NCBI GenBank assembly: GCA_964016885.1 | Contig: OZ024743.1 | Location: forward strand, 160,394,001-160,458,000 | Length of the DNA: 64,000 nt | Source: Eledone cirrhosa | Lineage: Eukaryota | Reading direction: 5' to 3' | In this document: positions 37,577 through 51,088 of the stretch, piece after piece | How the letters are laid out: every line of letters begins with the position of its first letter | Numbering within the stretch: the first letter of the stretch is position 1 | Translations under genes and position numbers: made by a program | Notes under the pieces: generated by a model | Seen by the model: the letters and a program-made list of their open reading frames with translations, nothing else | Told to the model about the DNA's origin: nothing | The model's database searches: none

Positions 37577-39958
37577 TCCATTATGACCAGTGTAGTTTCT
37601 ACTGATGTTGTTTCTATTTTATTGATAGTACTTTTTGTAATATGTGTGAGGTGCCTAGTAGTGCTATTTTTGTATGCTATATATATTTGTTAGCCCTGGA
37701 GCTTTGGATATGTATTTATCTGTGTTTTTTATCATTCCCAGAGCACCTATTATTATCGGTATGATTTCGGTTTTCATTTTCCACATTCGAGTTATTTCTA
37801 TCTCTAGATCTTTATATTTGGGGAGTTTCTCTATTTCTTTGGAAGATATATTGTCGATTGTAGGGATTGATACATCTATGAGAAGGCATTCTTTTCTTTG
37901 TGGTCTTTGGCTATAATTGTTTCTACTTTTGGCACAAGGCCAGCAAATACCCAGTGTATTACTGGTACTTTATTTTATCGACCCCATAAGGATGAAAGGC
38001 AAAGTTAACCCCGGCGGGATTTGAACTCAGAATGGCAAGGGCCGTAACTCGATGCGTCAAAGCATGGCGTCCGACCCTCTACCGATACTGCCAATCCACC
38101 GCCCTATAATATCTGATCGGTTCGCTTTGATCTCACTATCTGTATGTATTGGTATGTCGCAGAAAATGGTTGCTTTGTCATTCTCTGACACTTTTTTCTG
38201 GTGTGTGTTTGTACCATCTTTTTTCTGTTGTTATTTCTTAATGCTGGCATAACCTCCAGTGTATGAAGATCCCAACACTATCTTGCCTGTGGATATATTC
38301 TTTTTGGGCTAGAGCTTGGCATCCAGAGACTATGTGGCTAATTGTTTCTTTCATATCTCTACATATTTCACAGTTAATCATAGCGCTTTGTTTAATTATG
38401 TAGTTTCTGGTGGGTACACCCTTGTCCTGTGCTGCAATTAGAAATCCTTCCGTCTGAGCTTTTAGTCCAGTGCTTCGTAGCCAGTTTTCTGGGGGCTTTT
38501 TTTTTTATAGCTATTTGGGGTATTGGCCATGTACGAATTTCTCTTGCCATGGTTTTAACATGGCATTCTGAAGGTGAGCTTTCTAGTTTCACAATGTCCC
38601 TTTCTCCTTGTCTTCTTGGTAGGTATAATCTTTCTACGTCTGATTTTCAAATCAGGTTGTTGGTGTGCTTCATAATTAATCTTCTTTTTAACTGTCTCGA
38701 TCCATTCTGCCCGATTATAATATTCCACATCCTGCTCCCATGTCCCTCTCCAACATGTGTTCGTCTGTTCAGACTCAGGAATAGCTTCGTTGCCCCACCC
38801 TCCTCCTCAAGTTATTAAAATAACATCTTCTGGTTGTTATTGAAAATGCGGTTTTGTTTATATTAGTTAACTCTGCACTCATATTTGTTTATGTTTGCAC
38901 CTTTGGGCTATGACTTGTTGCTTTATTTCTTCTATTATAACATTCAGCCCTTCCCTTTGTGTTGTATTTCCTAGTCAATCTATCCTTAGTATTTATATTT
39001 TGTTATATCTTGTTTAATAAAGACTCAAGTTTCCCGATGTCCTTTCTTATTTTTTTTATTTGACCATTCAACAGCTTCTTCCAGCAAGGTTCTCTTTTCT
39101 CGTCTGTTTTCCCTTGTTTTGATACTAAGGGATTTTTTCACCATATTTTCGGTTGCTTGAGGATGTTGTTGCATTGTTGAAGATTCTTCGCCTCACGGTA
39201 TGGTCGACGCTGTTTACCTAAGCTGGCGTTTCTTTTAACATTTTCTGTCTACAAATTTAGATTCATAAGTTTTCACTATCATTATTCATTTCATCCCTCA
39301 TTAAACTCAGAATATGAACAAAATCTTGCCCTAGCCCGTCAGTGTTCATTTTCGCAATGACCATATCTTTATTTCAGATGTTATCGATCTCAACCATTAG
39401 ATCATTGTCTTCATCGGTTAATTCCTCAATTTACATAAACACTTCATCCTCATTTTCTACAGGATCATTTGTCTTATCTACTCCACATTCCATTTCCAGA
39501 TTAAACTCTCTACTGAGTTCCTCCAATTCCAAATCGATCATCCATCCATTAGTTCATATTACATGAGCCTGACATGCTAGGTTTAGTTCACCTAATTTAA
39601 ATAGACCAATATCGATCCTGATTTTATGCATTTGTTTCCTCTAGCTATTCTTAGTTGGGTCACTTTTCAGATAACATTTCATTACAGTTTTATTCAATTC
39701 CTTCGTCCAGTTGGTTCTTGCCACATTCCTTCTCATTCAGTATTTGGATGATAACCAGATCCCTGCTGCCGAGCCAGGGAACACTTGCTGGGTGAGAGTC
39801 CTTCAAATAAAGTTCCAACCTCCTGATCACAGTTATTTGAACTTTTTAGGTTCGACATTTAAGCACACATAAAGAGGATTAGTGAATTTAAGATTGCACT
39901 AACAGTGTTTTTAGCATGACACCATCACTAAATCAGGGGCGGGAATACATGTTACGTT
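37577..39958 (-). mobile_element. Second R4/Dong-type LINE family, degenerate and internally deleted, flanked by (TAA)n
   Basis: N-terminal RTNWTKELNKTVMKCY and EPCWKKL motifs, then an RLE C-terminus (IDVSIP, KYKDLEIEITRMWKMKTEIIPIIIGALG). The 3' part is the reverse complement of 49985-50480. Confidence 0.78.
37913..38104 (-). mobile_element. tRNA-derived SINE inserted in the R4/Dong remnant
   Basis: Full-length reverse copy, with TATAAT at both junctions as a probable TSD. Confidence 0.9.
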
Positions 39959-40437
39959 TTATAATTATTATTATTAAAGATATTTGGGCCGTTTTTAATG
40001 TTTCCTTAATGTGAGCCCTGTGTAGCAAATTTTCATTTGTTTAAATTGTTACGATTTTCAAATATTTCTGTGGTAGCTTTAGTGGTTGGGGTGGTTGGGA
40101 GGAGTGTCATTGTAATCGTCCGGGGCTGTTTGTTTTATCATTTTATTTACTTATTTATTTATTGTTTCAAGGTCAGTAATATTAGATTTATGTCTATTTT
40201 TTGAAGTCATTAGGGGTGCTAGTGTTCCTTTTGTTGTTGCTGTTTTGTATTTTGTTTCGGCTAAGTTAAACATTGTAGCTGTAACAACGGGATTGGGTGG
40301 GGTGTTACGTTGTTTTGTATGTGTTGTACTATCTATGATAAAACTCCTGTCATTGCTACTAGCAAAGTTGAGATCTAGCTTCCGCTTTCACGTCAAAGAT
40401 TTTTTTTTTTAGACAGGCCATTTTAGATTGCATTCGT

Positions 40438-41525
40438 CAGTTTTATGTCGAATAATAATAATATTCGCTCAGTTTGCAAGCAAACAGCCTCATTACAATA
40501 TGTGTTTTAGATGACCATTAACATTACGTAATGCACAATAAGGCTGTTTGCTTGCAAACGAAGCGAATATTATTATTATTATTCGATATAAAACTCCCCA
40601 AGTATCCACTATATAAAGTGCTTGAAAACTCAACAGTATGTATAAACGGAAGCAAAAGATGCTCGCTCTGCCTGAGTAAAAATTTCAGGATCTTACAAGG
40701 TTGCGTACCTAAACTGAAAGACAAAAATCTTCACCATCTCAATGGACCTCCTCAATCCCATGACACCACCTACCTCTTGTAGTAACTCTCAGCGAGCACA
40801 CCGTGCACATACACTCATTGGCGCATTGATGAAGGAGACATCGAGATTACAACACCACACTACAACCAACGAGCACACAGACATGCAACATTTTACATCT
40901 CAGATCTTTGAATTGGCGAAACTCCAATAAGGACACATATTTTGAGTGAATATGCATGTTTTCGAATATATCTATATATATATCTATATATGAGTATAAA
41001 GATATACACGTATGCATGTATGTGCATACATTATGTCTGTGTGTGTATATGTATGCATGTATGCATATACAGCTACCCGTACAGTTGTGTGCAAAGATAT
41101 AAATGTGCGAGCGTACGTAGCGCAAATGCATGTCTATTATAGTTTTAAATCTTAATTATTTATCATCTCTGCCCATGTGTGCACGTGTGTCCGTTTACAT
41201 ACAACAGATCAACTACCTGATAAACCCTTGAGTTATTTCATTTCATCTTTTCATCCACTGCACTGAAAAGCCCTAGTAATTGATACATTCGTATACCAAC
41301 AGTTCTCGGACCAGAATTACCCCCGCTCATCAAATATACATCTCTACTTTTAGGACAGAGATTTACCCGAGGAACAGCAACTTCCCTTTTTCATATTTGT
41401 GTCCATGTACCTGAATGAAGGGCCAGTTTAAAAGTTTCTCCTCCATCATACAGTGGCGGCTCTGATTAGACCTCGAAATCATTGGTAGCATATACACGTT
41501 AAGTGTATGAAACTTTGCTTACACT
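40438..41525 (+). mobile_element. Hydra-like PLE 3' end with fold-back (40438-40499 vs 40536-40595) and decayed HHR (~41401-41495)
   Basis: NGSKRCSLCLSKNFRIL matches GTKKCSLCTTEKFRIL of the 3915 ORF. TG-rich UTR, then CTGAATGA...GAAATCATTGGTA. Confidence 0.7.
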
Positions 41526-41788
41526 ATATATATATACACACATAGGCATACATATATTTAGGAGCAGTTTAGGTATGATACATTTTATTACTAATTATAT
41601 CTAAATGTTTCTTCTCTCTTCATAATGTATTTTTAACTCTGATACTGGTTCAGTCTAGTTCAACTGAATTGGTCTGTCCCAGTCATTCATTGAGCAACAT
41701 CGGTGAAGTTGGCACCCTTAACTCACAGTTGGGTGCGGATGCATTCATGTATATATGTGTGTGTCCGCATGTATCTGTGTGTTTCTAA

Positions 41789-41831
<43 letters not shown>

Positions 41832-41844
41832 ATAATAATAATAG

Positions 41845-41928
41845 TAATAATAATAAATTTGAAGACTAAAATCCAAAGAGGACTCGATAAGGATAAATAT
41901 ATATCAAATATATAAGAACCGTAGAGCA
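41845..41928 (-). mobile_element. Family B terminal fragment
   Basis: GAAGACTAAAATCCAAAGAGG.CTCGATAAGG, near-identical to 32920 and 30090. Confidence 0.85.
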
Positions 41929-42152
41929 ATTTCATTGAATATTTGCAACGTCTTTAACTTGTGTGTATTTTCGTTGTTGAGGTGGCTTTTGTGGCAACAT
42001 CTCTCCGGTCGCAATTTTCGCTGTGTCACACCCCCAACGTATTATTTTACTCTGAGCTATAATTTATTGATTTATTGATATCATCTCACTGAGGGCTTCG
42101 TGCCAGCTTCTGAAGATTGATTTCGAAAAATCTGTTATTTTAATAAATATAT

Positions 42153-42239
<87 letters not shown>

Positions 42240-42720
42240 AATATAAATTAGCGAGAATCGTTCTCAGCTCAGGAATTAACGAAAATCAACGTCCGATATG
42301 TGTGGCAAGCGATCGATGATTCATGTGAATCAGAGCTACAACATACGTTAAGGGCCAAACACACTGAGATGATGGTTAAACATATCATCCGCACAGCCAA
42401 AACAAACGACCAAGTAATTCGGGTCAAACAATAAAAATATATGTGTTGATACTTTCCCGGACCCTGGACTGATGGTAAAATCCTGTATTGGTTTCTGCGA
42501 CTCCAAAATCAGGTACTGTCCGCCTACATAAAGAATGTTGGGCTTCTGGTGAGATGATGAACAAGGAAGTCGTGTTATCAACGGGTTTTGCTCCAAAATG
42601 CTATAGATAGTGTGGCTATTACTGACCCTGCGTGGGTTTCAGCAAGGGAGGCAACTGATTCAGTTGCGTATAATATTGCGAGAATGAAAAATATCACAAA
42701 TCGAATAAAGCTCTCGACAG

Positions 42721-42774
<54 letters not shown>

Positions 42775-43017
42775 GTTGGTGAGTAAAATCGAAGTTCCTG
42801 CTGCGATTAGCATTTTTCGAAATAAATCTTCAGAAGCTGGCACGAAGCCCTCAATGAGATGATATCAATAAATCGATAAATTATAGCTCAGAGTAAAAAT
42901 AATACGTTGGGGGTTGTAACACAGCGAAAATTGCAACCGGAGAGATGTTGCCACAAAAGCCACCTCAACAACGAAAATCCACACAAGTTAAAGACGTTGC
43001 AAATATTCGATGAAATT
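41928..43017. repeat. ~200-bp inverted repeat arms (41928-42131 and 42811-43017) enclosing two (TA)n tracts and ~480 bp of unique sequence
   Basis: TCATCTCACTGAGGGCTTCGTGCCAGCTTCTGAAGA vs TCTTCAGAAGCTGGCACGAAGCCCTCAATGAGATGA. Confidence 0.88.
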
Positions 43018-45257
43018 GCGATGAAATTGCGGAGTGTGCTTACAGAAAGAAAAACATTGTTTAAAGAACAACAAACAGAGGAAAGTGGTATCGAAACAAG
43101 CACTTGAAACCATCAATATCACACCATCCATATTCTTGTTTGAAATGGTAAATTATAATGTTGATGACATAAATAAAAGCAGTAACAAGATGTTGCGTAG
43201 ATTTTCCTCCTCCAATTCATAGACATTATGAACCAATCCAGTTTTGAGTGTTCTGTCTAGCGTGTATTTCAAGGAATCGTACACTTTAATCTCTTTTTCT
43301 AAAAATATCTGACAGATCTGGTTTTTTTCCATTGGTAAGTCTTCTCTTCTTTTCTTTTCTTTTTTACAGAAAACCAGTAAATAACTCCCACTGAATAATG
43401 GTTATGGAGTAGTAGCTGCATAAAGAGAATGTCAACCTATTTGGGTGGTCAACCTATTTGGGTGGTCAGTCATACGAGATTTACATTATTTGACAGATTT
43501 GTTCGATGAAACCGTTGGCAGATATCTACTGCAAGTAGCAGAAGAATCGGAGAATCTTGATTATGTGAGACAAGGCTGTCGAAGAGCTGTAATGCTGCTG
43601 AGGAAGGCCTTGAATAAGATGGAACGCTTTCGTTTAGGTTGATTATATATTCTTGGCTGCTGTCCTCAAAGCAGCTTATTTCGGTACAATCTTCCGAGGA
43701 CGGATTCCTCCTATGTACAGCAATATGCTCGCTGATCAGAATAAATGGTAACTTATCGGAAACCTTCTGTCCCATGCGCTCGACCCGTCAAGATTGTCCA
43801 CTGACGCCACTTCTATAGATACTGACTATAATAAGTAATAGTATCAATCTGTCTTAGCTACGGATTTACGAACGCAGAAACTACAAGAAAACTAAATATA
43901 AACGGCAACACGAACAATTACAGTAAAAGTGCTGCCAATACCAGGTCCTTTTCAAACGCCGCAACAATAGGTTTCTCAGGAAGAGAAAAATATATTTATG
44001 AGAGAGATCAACACGCCTATCCAGTGAGACGAGAAGAAGACCGCACTTCCTCCAAAACTTTAAACTCAAACGGCCAGGAGTATGGTGATGTACCGCTGCA
44101 TAAAACCGGCGAGTAGAAGAGCCATAATCCTAGCTAATATAGTGCCTCGGAGGGATATGGATAAATACAAATTCATCACCTGAGCTAGGCAATAGGGGAC
44201 AATGGGAGTGTTACTCAGAAGTTCACGCACACACGTCTCGTACTTCTCCCACAGTCTGAAAAACGCAAAGTTAAATATTTTGACTTTGGTGGCCTGCATT
44301 GAGGAAGAGGACATAATCTTTGGTGTAAAGAATTAGCAACATGAAAACTGGTACAGAATTTGCGGGAAATCCCTAATGCAGGTTCATCGGAAAAATCTAG
44401 AAAAGATTCTCAATCCGATAGACCTTATAAAAGGTACCCAAGTACACAACATAGTCGAAGATAGAAAGCCCACGCCTCTATCAATACCAACGGAGTGTCT
44501 TATGCCCACAACAAACCACTACAACTTAGATTTGCACATCTGATGACATAATATCCTCTCCGGCATCAACGATAATTTCACCAGCGATACCTAGCGTAGC
44601 AGTGACTAAGCGAGAAATAATTTATATCAGACCACAGCGACGCAATAGGATAGTTCTTCTTATCAAAATCGGATTCACATACCAAAAACAACAACAAAAA
44701 CGAGAACACGGATCATACAGACTGTAATAGGTGACACAAACATATGTGCGATTAACCCGCTGGCTCTGTCCACTTTAGACTCCTTTCCTTGCAATATTTC
44801 TTTAAACGACGAAGATAAGAAGACTCAATAGAAAAAAGGCGAGGCAGAAACGAAGGAAAAGAAGAAAACCAACTGGAGATATGCAACACCGAAGGCTAGA
44901 AAATTTAAGGAGACCTCGAAGAAACTGCTAGCCCCATCACCACCAACATCAGTAGAACAAAAGTATTAAATAAACAAAACCAATAGCCACAGCAGGAAGA
45001 CCTACAAGGACAACAACCACACCAAAAATTATCTAAAGAAACATCAACATAAGCTACAACAGCTCAACCCGAAACCATACCAGAAACAGGAAAGCACACT
45101 GACAACAGCAGCAGCAACATAAACATGCAGACGCAAACATAACTCTCCTCCCCAACTGAGCTGTTGTAAACAGAAACTGCAGTGAGCAAAAAATACAAAT
45201 ATTGGTTTCAGTATCCCAATATTCATAAAGTTCAAGGAACGTTGGGACTCCATCGAC

Positions 45258-45430
45258 TTGGCAGTATCGGAAGAGGGTCGGATGTCATGCTTTGACGCAT
45301 AGAGTTGCGGCCCTTTCCATGCTGAGTTCAAATCCCGCCAAGGTTAACTTTGCCTTTCATCCTTACGGGGGCCGATAAAATAAAGTACTGGGTAATTGCT
45401 GGCCTTGTGCCAAAAGTAGAAACAATTATT
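45258..45430 (+). mobile_element. tRNA-derived SINE
   Basis: A/B boxes, core and tail GGCCTTGTGCCAAAAGTAGAAACAATTATT. Confidence 0.9.
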
Positions 45431-46071
45431 AAACTATCCTAGGTGATGATGAGCCCATAGAAGATTTTTACAGTAAAACAGGGAGGAAATGGTATAATAT
45501 CTACTAACTCCACTGCTTTCTGGACATCATCCCTGAGAAGACTAACCCGAGTTTATAAAGCTCACCTTTCTCTATCTTGGTGGGTGGCCATCTCTCCAGT
45601 TCTACTTCTTAGCCCCAGGAGTTTAACACCAAGCTCGTTGGATGGCTAAGGTTATATATGTGATCAAGATAGTTCTGTTCAAAGAAAAGCTTAAGCTAAC
45701 ACCATGTAAGTCAAATGTCTATACAAATTAATTTGTTGTTATAGATTTCATTCATAAAAATTGTTTCTCTATTTAGTCGCAATATTATTGTGTATTTACA
45801 ACGTATTCCTCCTGCTTATTTTCATTTCATTACGTCGTTTCATGTGGTTTCCAAATTGGATATAGTAAAGTGAAACAGAAAGGGCAATATACCACAGGCC
45901 AGATCCAGAAACATCGTCGTAAATAAAAAGATGCGAAAGTATGCAACCTTTAAATATTATTCGATTGACCTATAATTTGTCATATAAAATTAATGTATCA
46001 GCCCAAATAAGGGCAGTAATCAACATGAGATGATTAGCAAATAGATTGCAAACTGGAACACCCTTCGTGGG

Positions 46072-46237
46072 AGAGGAAAGTCAATAAAATCAACCCCACT
46101 GCATTACAGGTGCTTTAATTTATCGACTCTGTAAGGATGAAAGGCAAAGCTAACATCGGCAAGATTTGAACTCAGAACATAATGGACCTTAACTCTATGT
46201 TGTCCGACGCTCTACCGATACTGCCAATTCACCGCCT
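46072..46237 (-). mobile_element. tRNA-derived SINE, long-tail variant, diverged
   Basis: Reverse complement of head and core. Confidence 0.8.
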
Positions 46238-46271
46238 TGCCGCCATTTATAATAAAACTGGTTTATATCTA

Positions 46272-46975
46272 CTAGCAGAAAAACCAACCTTCAGGTGGTT
46301 TTCTGCTAGCATGTGTAGTATGCATATTGATATTATACGTTCGTATATTATACGCATGCATATTGATATTATACGCATGTAGATATGATACATCAAATAA
46401 AATCGTAATTGACAATATACACAGAAATTGAACGAAAACTGCGTTACACTGTGTTATCAGTAACGTAATCCATGATACATTAAAAAAAGACGATATTATA
46501 TATAAACTGCATTAGGAGAAAATTAGTGACAGAAATATATGAATGTTTATTTAACCGATCGCTAACCGGAAGTGTTGACATTTGAAAATTTTAAAGAAGT
46601 GAATCTTAAAATAACCAATAAAATTATTTATATTTAATCAAGAATAACGAAATTTAGTAGATAAATTATGTAATATTCATTCATTATTTATTCAAAGTGG
46701 TGGTGGATTGGCAGTATCGGTAGAGAGTCGGACGCCATACTTTCCAGCATAGTTACGTCCCTTTACGGTCTGAGTTCAAATCCCGCCGAGGTTTACTTTG
46801 CCTTTCATCCTTACGGGGTCGATAAAATAAAGTACCAGTAATGCACTGTGTATTTGCTGGCCTTGTGCCTAAAGTAGAAACAATTATTTATTCAAAGTAA
46901 TCCAACTTATTTTACAAACGGAAAAAAATATATTGTGGACGTAGTCCCGCCCTCCTTACTTTATTATAGTTTAGA
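46272..46975 (-). mobile_element. Non-autonomous Helitron-like element carrying a SINE insertion
   Basis: Minus strand A|TCTAAACTATAATAAAG at the 5' end, hairpin + CTAG|T at the 3' end. Paralog at 11787-12326. Confidence 0.7.
46699..46886 (+). mobile_element. tRNA-derived SINE with ~13-bp TSD (TTTTATTCAAAGT)
   Basis: Duplication visible on both sides. The paralog near 12240 shows the empty site. Confidence 0.92.
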
Positions 46976-47269
46976 TTCGTACAATAGATGTTGTACCGAT
47001 CCAAAGTTTACAGATATTAGAGAATAAGGGAGTCACCTTTCGCTAGAAAGGATGCGTGTTTTACAAGGATTTATCAAACGTTAAAGAGGTATGAATGGAG
47101 ATTTTAGTCACATTGATTGTTTGGCTTCTCTGCATGGAAATAAGATATCTGTGTAAATAAAAGCGTCATATGAATACACATATGACACGTGAGAAAAATA
47201 CATCTGGTATATATCATAGGAATAATAAGGAGCAGGAACCAAATATCAATATAACATCATTATATTTAT

Positions 47270-47366
47270 TCACATGTGAAGTACGTTTCACGATCGATCA
47301 GATCAAGGTACGATCGGTAGTGATCACGCCCGTTTCTTGAAACGATAGCTCATCAGACTTGTGGAT
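47270..47366 (-). ncRNA. Type I hammerhead motif with ~60-nt stem II domain
   Basis: Minus strand reads AAGT CTGATGA GCTATCG...CGATCGT GAAA CG TA CTT. Confidence 0.6.
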
Positions 47367-47649
47367 TCTCGAATGACTATATATATATATTCAGATAGAA
47401 TGGAGCGTGAAAGTTTAAAACGAGCTATACAAAAGGGGAAAAACACGTAGTTCACGAAATATAGGCACTCTGACCTGGATACAATGAATTGTATCATTCC
47501 CCATACCAAATCCATAAAAAGATTATAAAACAACCTGAAATACTACTGAATTTAACACAGTGGACTTGCATCATGTAGAAGTGAGTTGTACCTCACAGAG
47601 TATACTGAGCTATTTAAATATATCTATCTTGTTCATGACAGAATAGTTA

Positions 47650-47790
47650 TATCGCCGGATAGAATGATTTGTGTTATTTGTTCCGGCTCTCTACGCCCTG
47701 AGTTCAAAACACGCCAAGGTCAACTTTGCATGTCATCCTTCCGAGATCGATATATCAGTCACGGACTGGGGTCGATTCTTCCTATTTATC
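47650..47790 (+). mobile_element. Old diverged SINE copy
   Basis: GAGTTCAAA, CAACTTTGCATGTCATCCTT and CTGGGGTCGAT remnants. Confidence 0.6.
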
Positions 47791-49127
47791 TCTTTCTTTA
47801 TTCCCTCTTTCTCTCACTCTCACTTTCCCTCTCTCCTTTCCTTAAAAAAATCGGCTGTGTTCAGACGTGGTGAGAGAGGCCCACGACACAGTGTATGTCG
47901 CTACGGCGCCCTTACGAACCGATCTAGAGTTTCGGGTACATACAAGCATACACATTTTTCATGGACACAGCTCAGTCACCGTAAAAGAACGAGGCGAATG
48001 ATGGAGCATTTAACTGATTGTTTAGTTCGTTGCTTATCCTTTACGTAATACACAACCAACTTTTAGTTTTGACGACGACGACAAAATGGAAAAGATTACT
48101 AGCCGCAAAGCAACGTAGCAGATCACCATCATCAAATGCTTTCATTTATCAGAATCACTTCAATAATGTAACAGCTTGAGAAATCATTGAGAAACTATCT
48201 CGAACATACGATTTGATTTCTACATAATGGATAATAGCCACAGAGAAAGAACACTTGTTATGCCACTCTTTGACAGCAATCCTTCTGATTAGCAATTGAT
48301 CGAAAACTTCTCAAGGAACATCGATTGCTATTAATCGTGACTTGATAAAACGGCAAGACCACATTCACTGAGCTTCTTGACATTTTATGTCACTCGAGAA
48401 AAAGGAAAAATTAATCTGTTAGCTTGAAACATAACGAGAAAGCAAAGTGTGTATCGTAGGTGATAAACACTTTTGCACATTCTAATATGTTCACATCGAT
48501 TTGAAGCTATATGCAACTGGACAATGCTGCCTGTAAATATTTTGATCCAAGTGTTCATTGAAGCATACATTAACTTATAACTTGCCACTTTGTCAAGGCT
48601 AGCGGCAGCTCATTGATGGGAAGGGATATGACAGCTAAATCCTAAATGAAGAGAAAGGGGTGTCTCTTGTTTCTTCTTTCGTTTTCTTTCTTTCTACCTT
48701 TTATTTAACTTACTTTCTTTTCCGTCAGCTTTATTTGTCTTACTATCTTTCTTTTTGGCTTTCTTGTTTCTTCATTTTTTTTCTTCGGTGCTTTTCTTAT
48801 TCATCTTCATCTTCGTTAGAAATGCCATGACAGGGCACCGGATTAAATGTTCCATTTGATTTAGTTACGTTATTTTATATTCTGAGTTCAATTCCGTCGT
48901 TAAAATATTAAAGAGCTCTACCTAAGCAGGCGACACGACAGTGCTACTGCAGATGCCAACCAGGATTATTTCATGCTGTTGATACCCCCTCTCCCCAATC
49001 ATAACATCTGTTTCATATTTAGGCTGATATTATTAATGCTCAATTAAATATTAAATATTAACTCGACTGATTTGTTACTTGCTTGTGGTGAAGTTTAAGA
49101 TATGCAAGAATGCAAATAATAATAATA

Positions 49128-49312
49128 ATAACTTTTGGCACAAGAGCAGTAAATTGAAGGGAATTTGAAGTGCATTATTGGAACTTTAAATTATCAACCC
49201 CGTAAAACAAAGCTAATCCCGATGGAATTAGAACCCAGCAAATAAAAAGAAGGGACACATAGTGCTAAGTATAAAAATACTTTCCCGGCGCTCTAGCGAC
49301 TCTGTTATTTGA
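49128..49312 (-). mobile_element. Old diverged SINE copy next to (AAT)n
   Basis: ACTTTTGGCACAAG tail remnant and TTATCAACCCCG core remnant. Confidence 0.45.
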
Positions 49313-49479
49313 CGCCAGAAGGATAAAAGGCAATGATTTAAACTACTAACAAAATATTGTCTGCTATGGTGGTTGTGATGGTAGTATTGCTTTCACAACT
49401 GTTGTCGTTGTTGTTGTTGATGTTACTGTCTGTTGCAATGGTGGCAACCGTAACAGCGGAGAATCTGTGTTTGTGAAGG

Positions 49480-50500
49480 GGAGGGGAGAAAGTGAAACCA
49501 ATATTACATTCGGATCTGCTTTACTTAACAAATACATGAGAACAAAAAATTCAATAAAATATATTGCCAAAGGTGCAAACTTTGAAATATAAATCGAAAA
49601 TTACACAGCAGAAACAAAAAAGAGTAGCAAACATATTAGGAAACAAATATAATAATAATAATTAACTCCAAACACTGCTACAAACTGTACACGGATTCAC
49701 AAAATAAATACACATGAAATTTGGATTAGAAAAATGAGCCAAGGCAATATCATGTTAGATAAAGAAACAGAAATAAGAGAACTAGATCAAACTCAGGCAT
49801 ACAAATACTGAGGAATCAAGGGACTAGATAAGATACAACATACACAGATGAAAGAAAAGATTAGAAAAGAATACTACAGGAGAATTAGATTAATACTCAA
49901 AACTGAACTAAATGCAAAGAATAAGGTGATTGGCATCCACACTTTAGCAGTCACAGCAATGAGCTACAGCTTTAACATTTAGGTATGATAGTGTTGGGAC
50001 CTTCATACCCTAGAAGTTATGCCAGCATTATGAAATACAAACAGCAAAAATATGGTACAAACACACACCAGAAAAGGTCTCAGAGAATGACAAAGCAACC
50101 ACTCTCTGGAATATGTTAATACATCAAAGCCAACAGACCAGATATTATTTTAAATGCTTTCTAATAGAAGTATCAATCGCCACAGATAACAATATATCTT
50201 CCAAGGAAATAGAGTAACTCTCTATCTAGAGATTTAAAAAAATGGAAAATGAAGACAGAAACAATAACTATAATAATAGGTGCTCTAGGAATGATAAAAC
50301 AAACAGACACAGACAAATACTTAGCCCAAACCCCAGGACTTACAAATATATAGAGTACACAAAACATAGCACTACTAGGCACTGCATACATATGACGAAA
50401 AGTGATATCAATACAATAGAAACAACATCAGCAAAAACTACACTACTCATACAAAAGGCGCACAGAGTTGTGCTCAATAAAAATAATCATGGAAATAACA
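49480..50500 (+). mobile_element. Second R4/Dong-type family, degenerate RT/RLE 3' portion
   Basis: MKFGLEK, AYKY.GI, MKEKIRKEYYRRIRLILKTELNAKNKVIGI.TLAV, then RLE remnants. Ends in AAT repeats. Confidence 0.8.
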
Positions 50501-50523
50501 ATGATAATGATAATAATAACACC

Positions 50524-51070
50524 TAGCCGAGACTCACAATAAAGGATGGAGACACGATATAATAGAAAAAGTGGCATTTATGCAAACTAAATAATTCACC
50601 ACATTCTGAAAAGTGGTATGAGCATAAGCCGGAGTGGGTGATAGCAAACGATCGAGTGAAGGTGCTATTGGATTTCAGGATACAGAGAGACAAGAAATTA
50701 GAACACAATAGGCCTGACCAGGTGGATTTTGACAAGGAAAAAAGATCGTGTCTGATTTAGACACAAGATTGCAAGAAAAGGAGGAGAAAATTAACCGATT
50801 CCAGGATGTAAAGTGGGAATAAAAAAAGGATTTTGGACTGTCATGAGATCAAGGCCATCCCGATTGTCATGGGAGCAGTAACTACTATCTCGAAGAGTTT
50901 TCAAGGATCGTTAAAAAACATTAGTCCAGCCCCTTTTCTGGAACACTTCAAAAGGCATGCTTGCTGGGAACAGCAAGAACTCTCCGATACGTCCTGAATA
51001 TCTGAGGCTGCAGCTAGCGGCTTGATGTTCATTTGAACAAACTTTTCAGTTAAATAACATCAATGATTCT
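50524..51070 (+). mobile_element. Dong-type 3' fragment of the 54716 family, between (AAT)n tracts
   Basis: [33 protein letters not shown] and [15 protein letters not shown] match 56215-56707. Confidence 0.92.
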
Positions 51071-51088
51071 AATAATAGTAATAATAAT

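Noticed and set aside
42795-42845. Hammerhead candidate CTGAAGA...GAAA on the minus strand (and 42109 plus)
   Set aside because: No convincing stem II or stem III/NUH pairing could be built.
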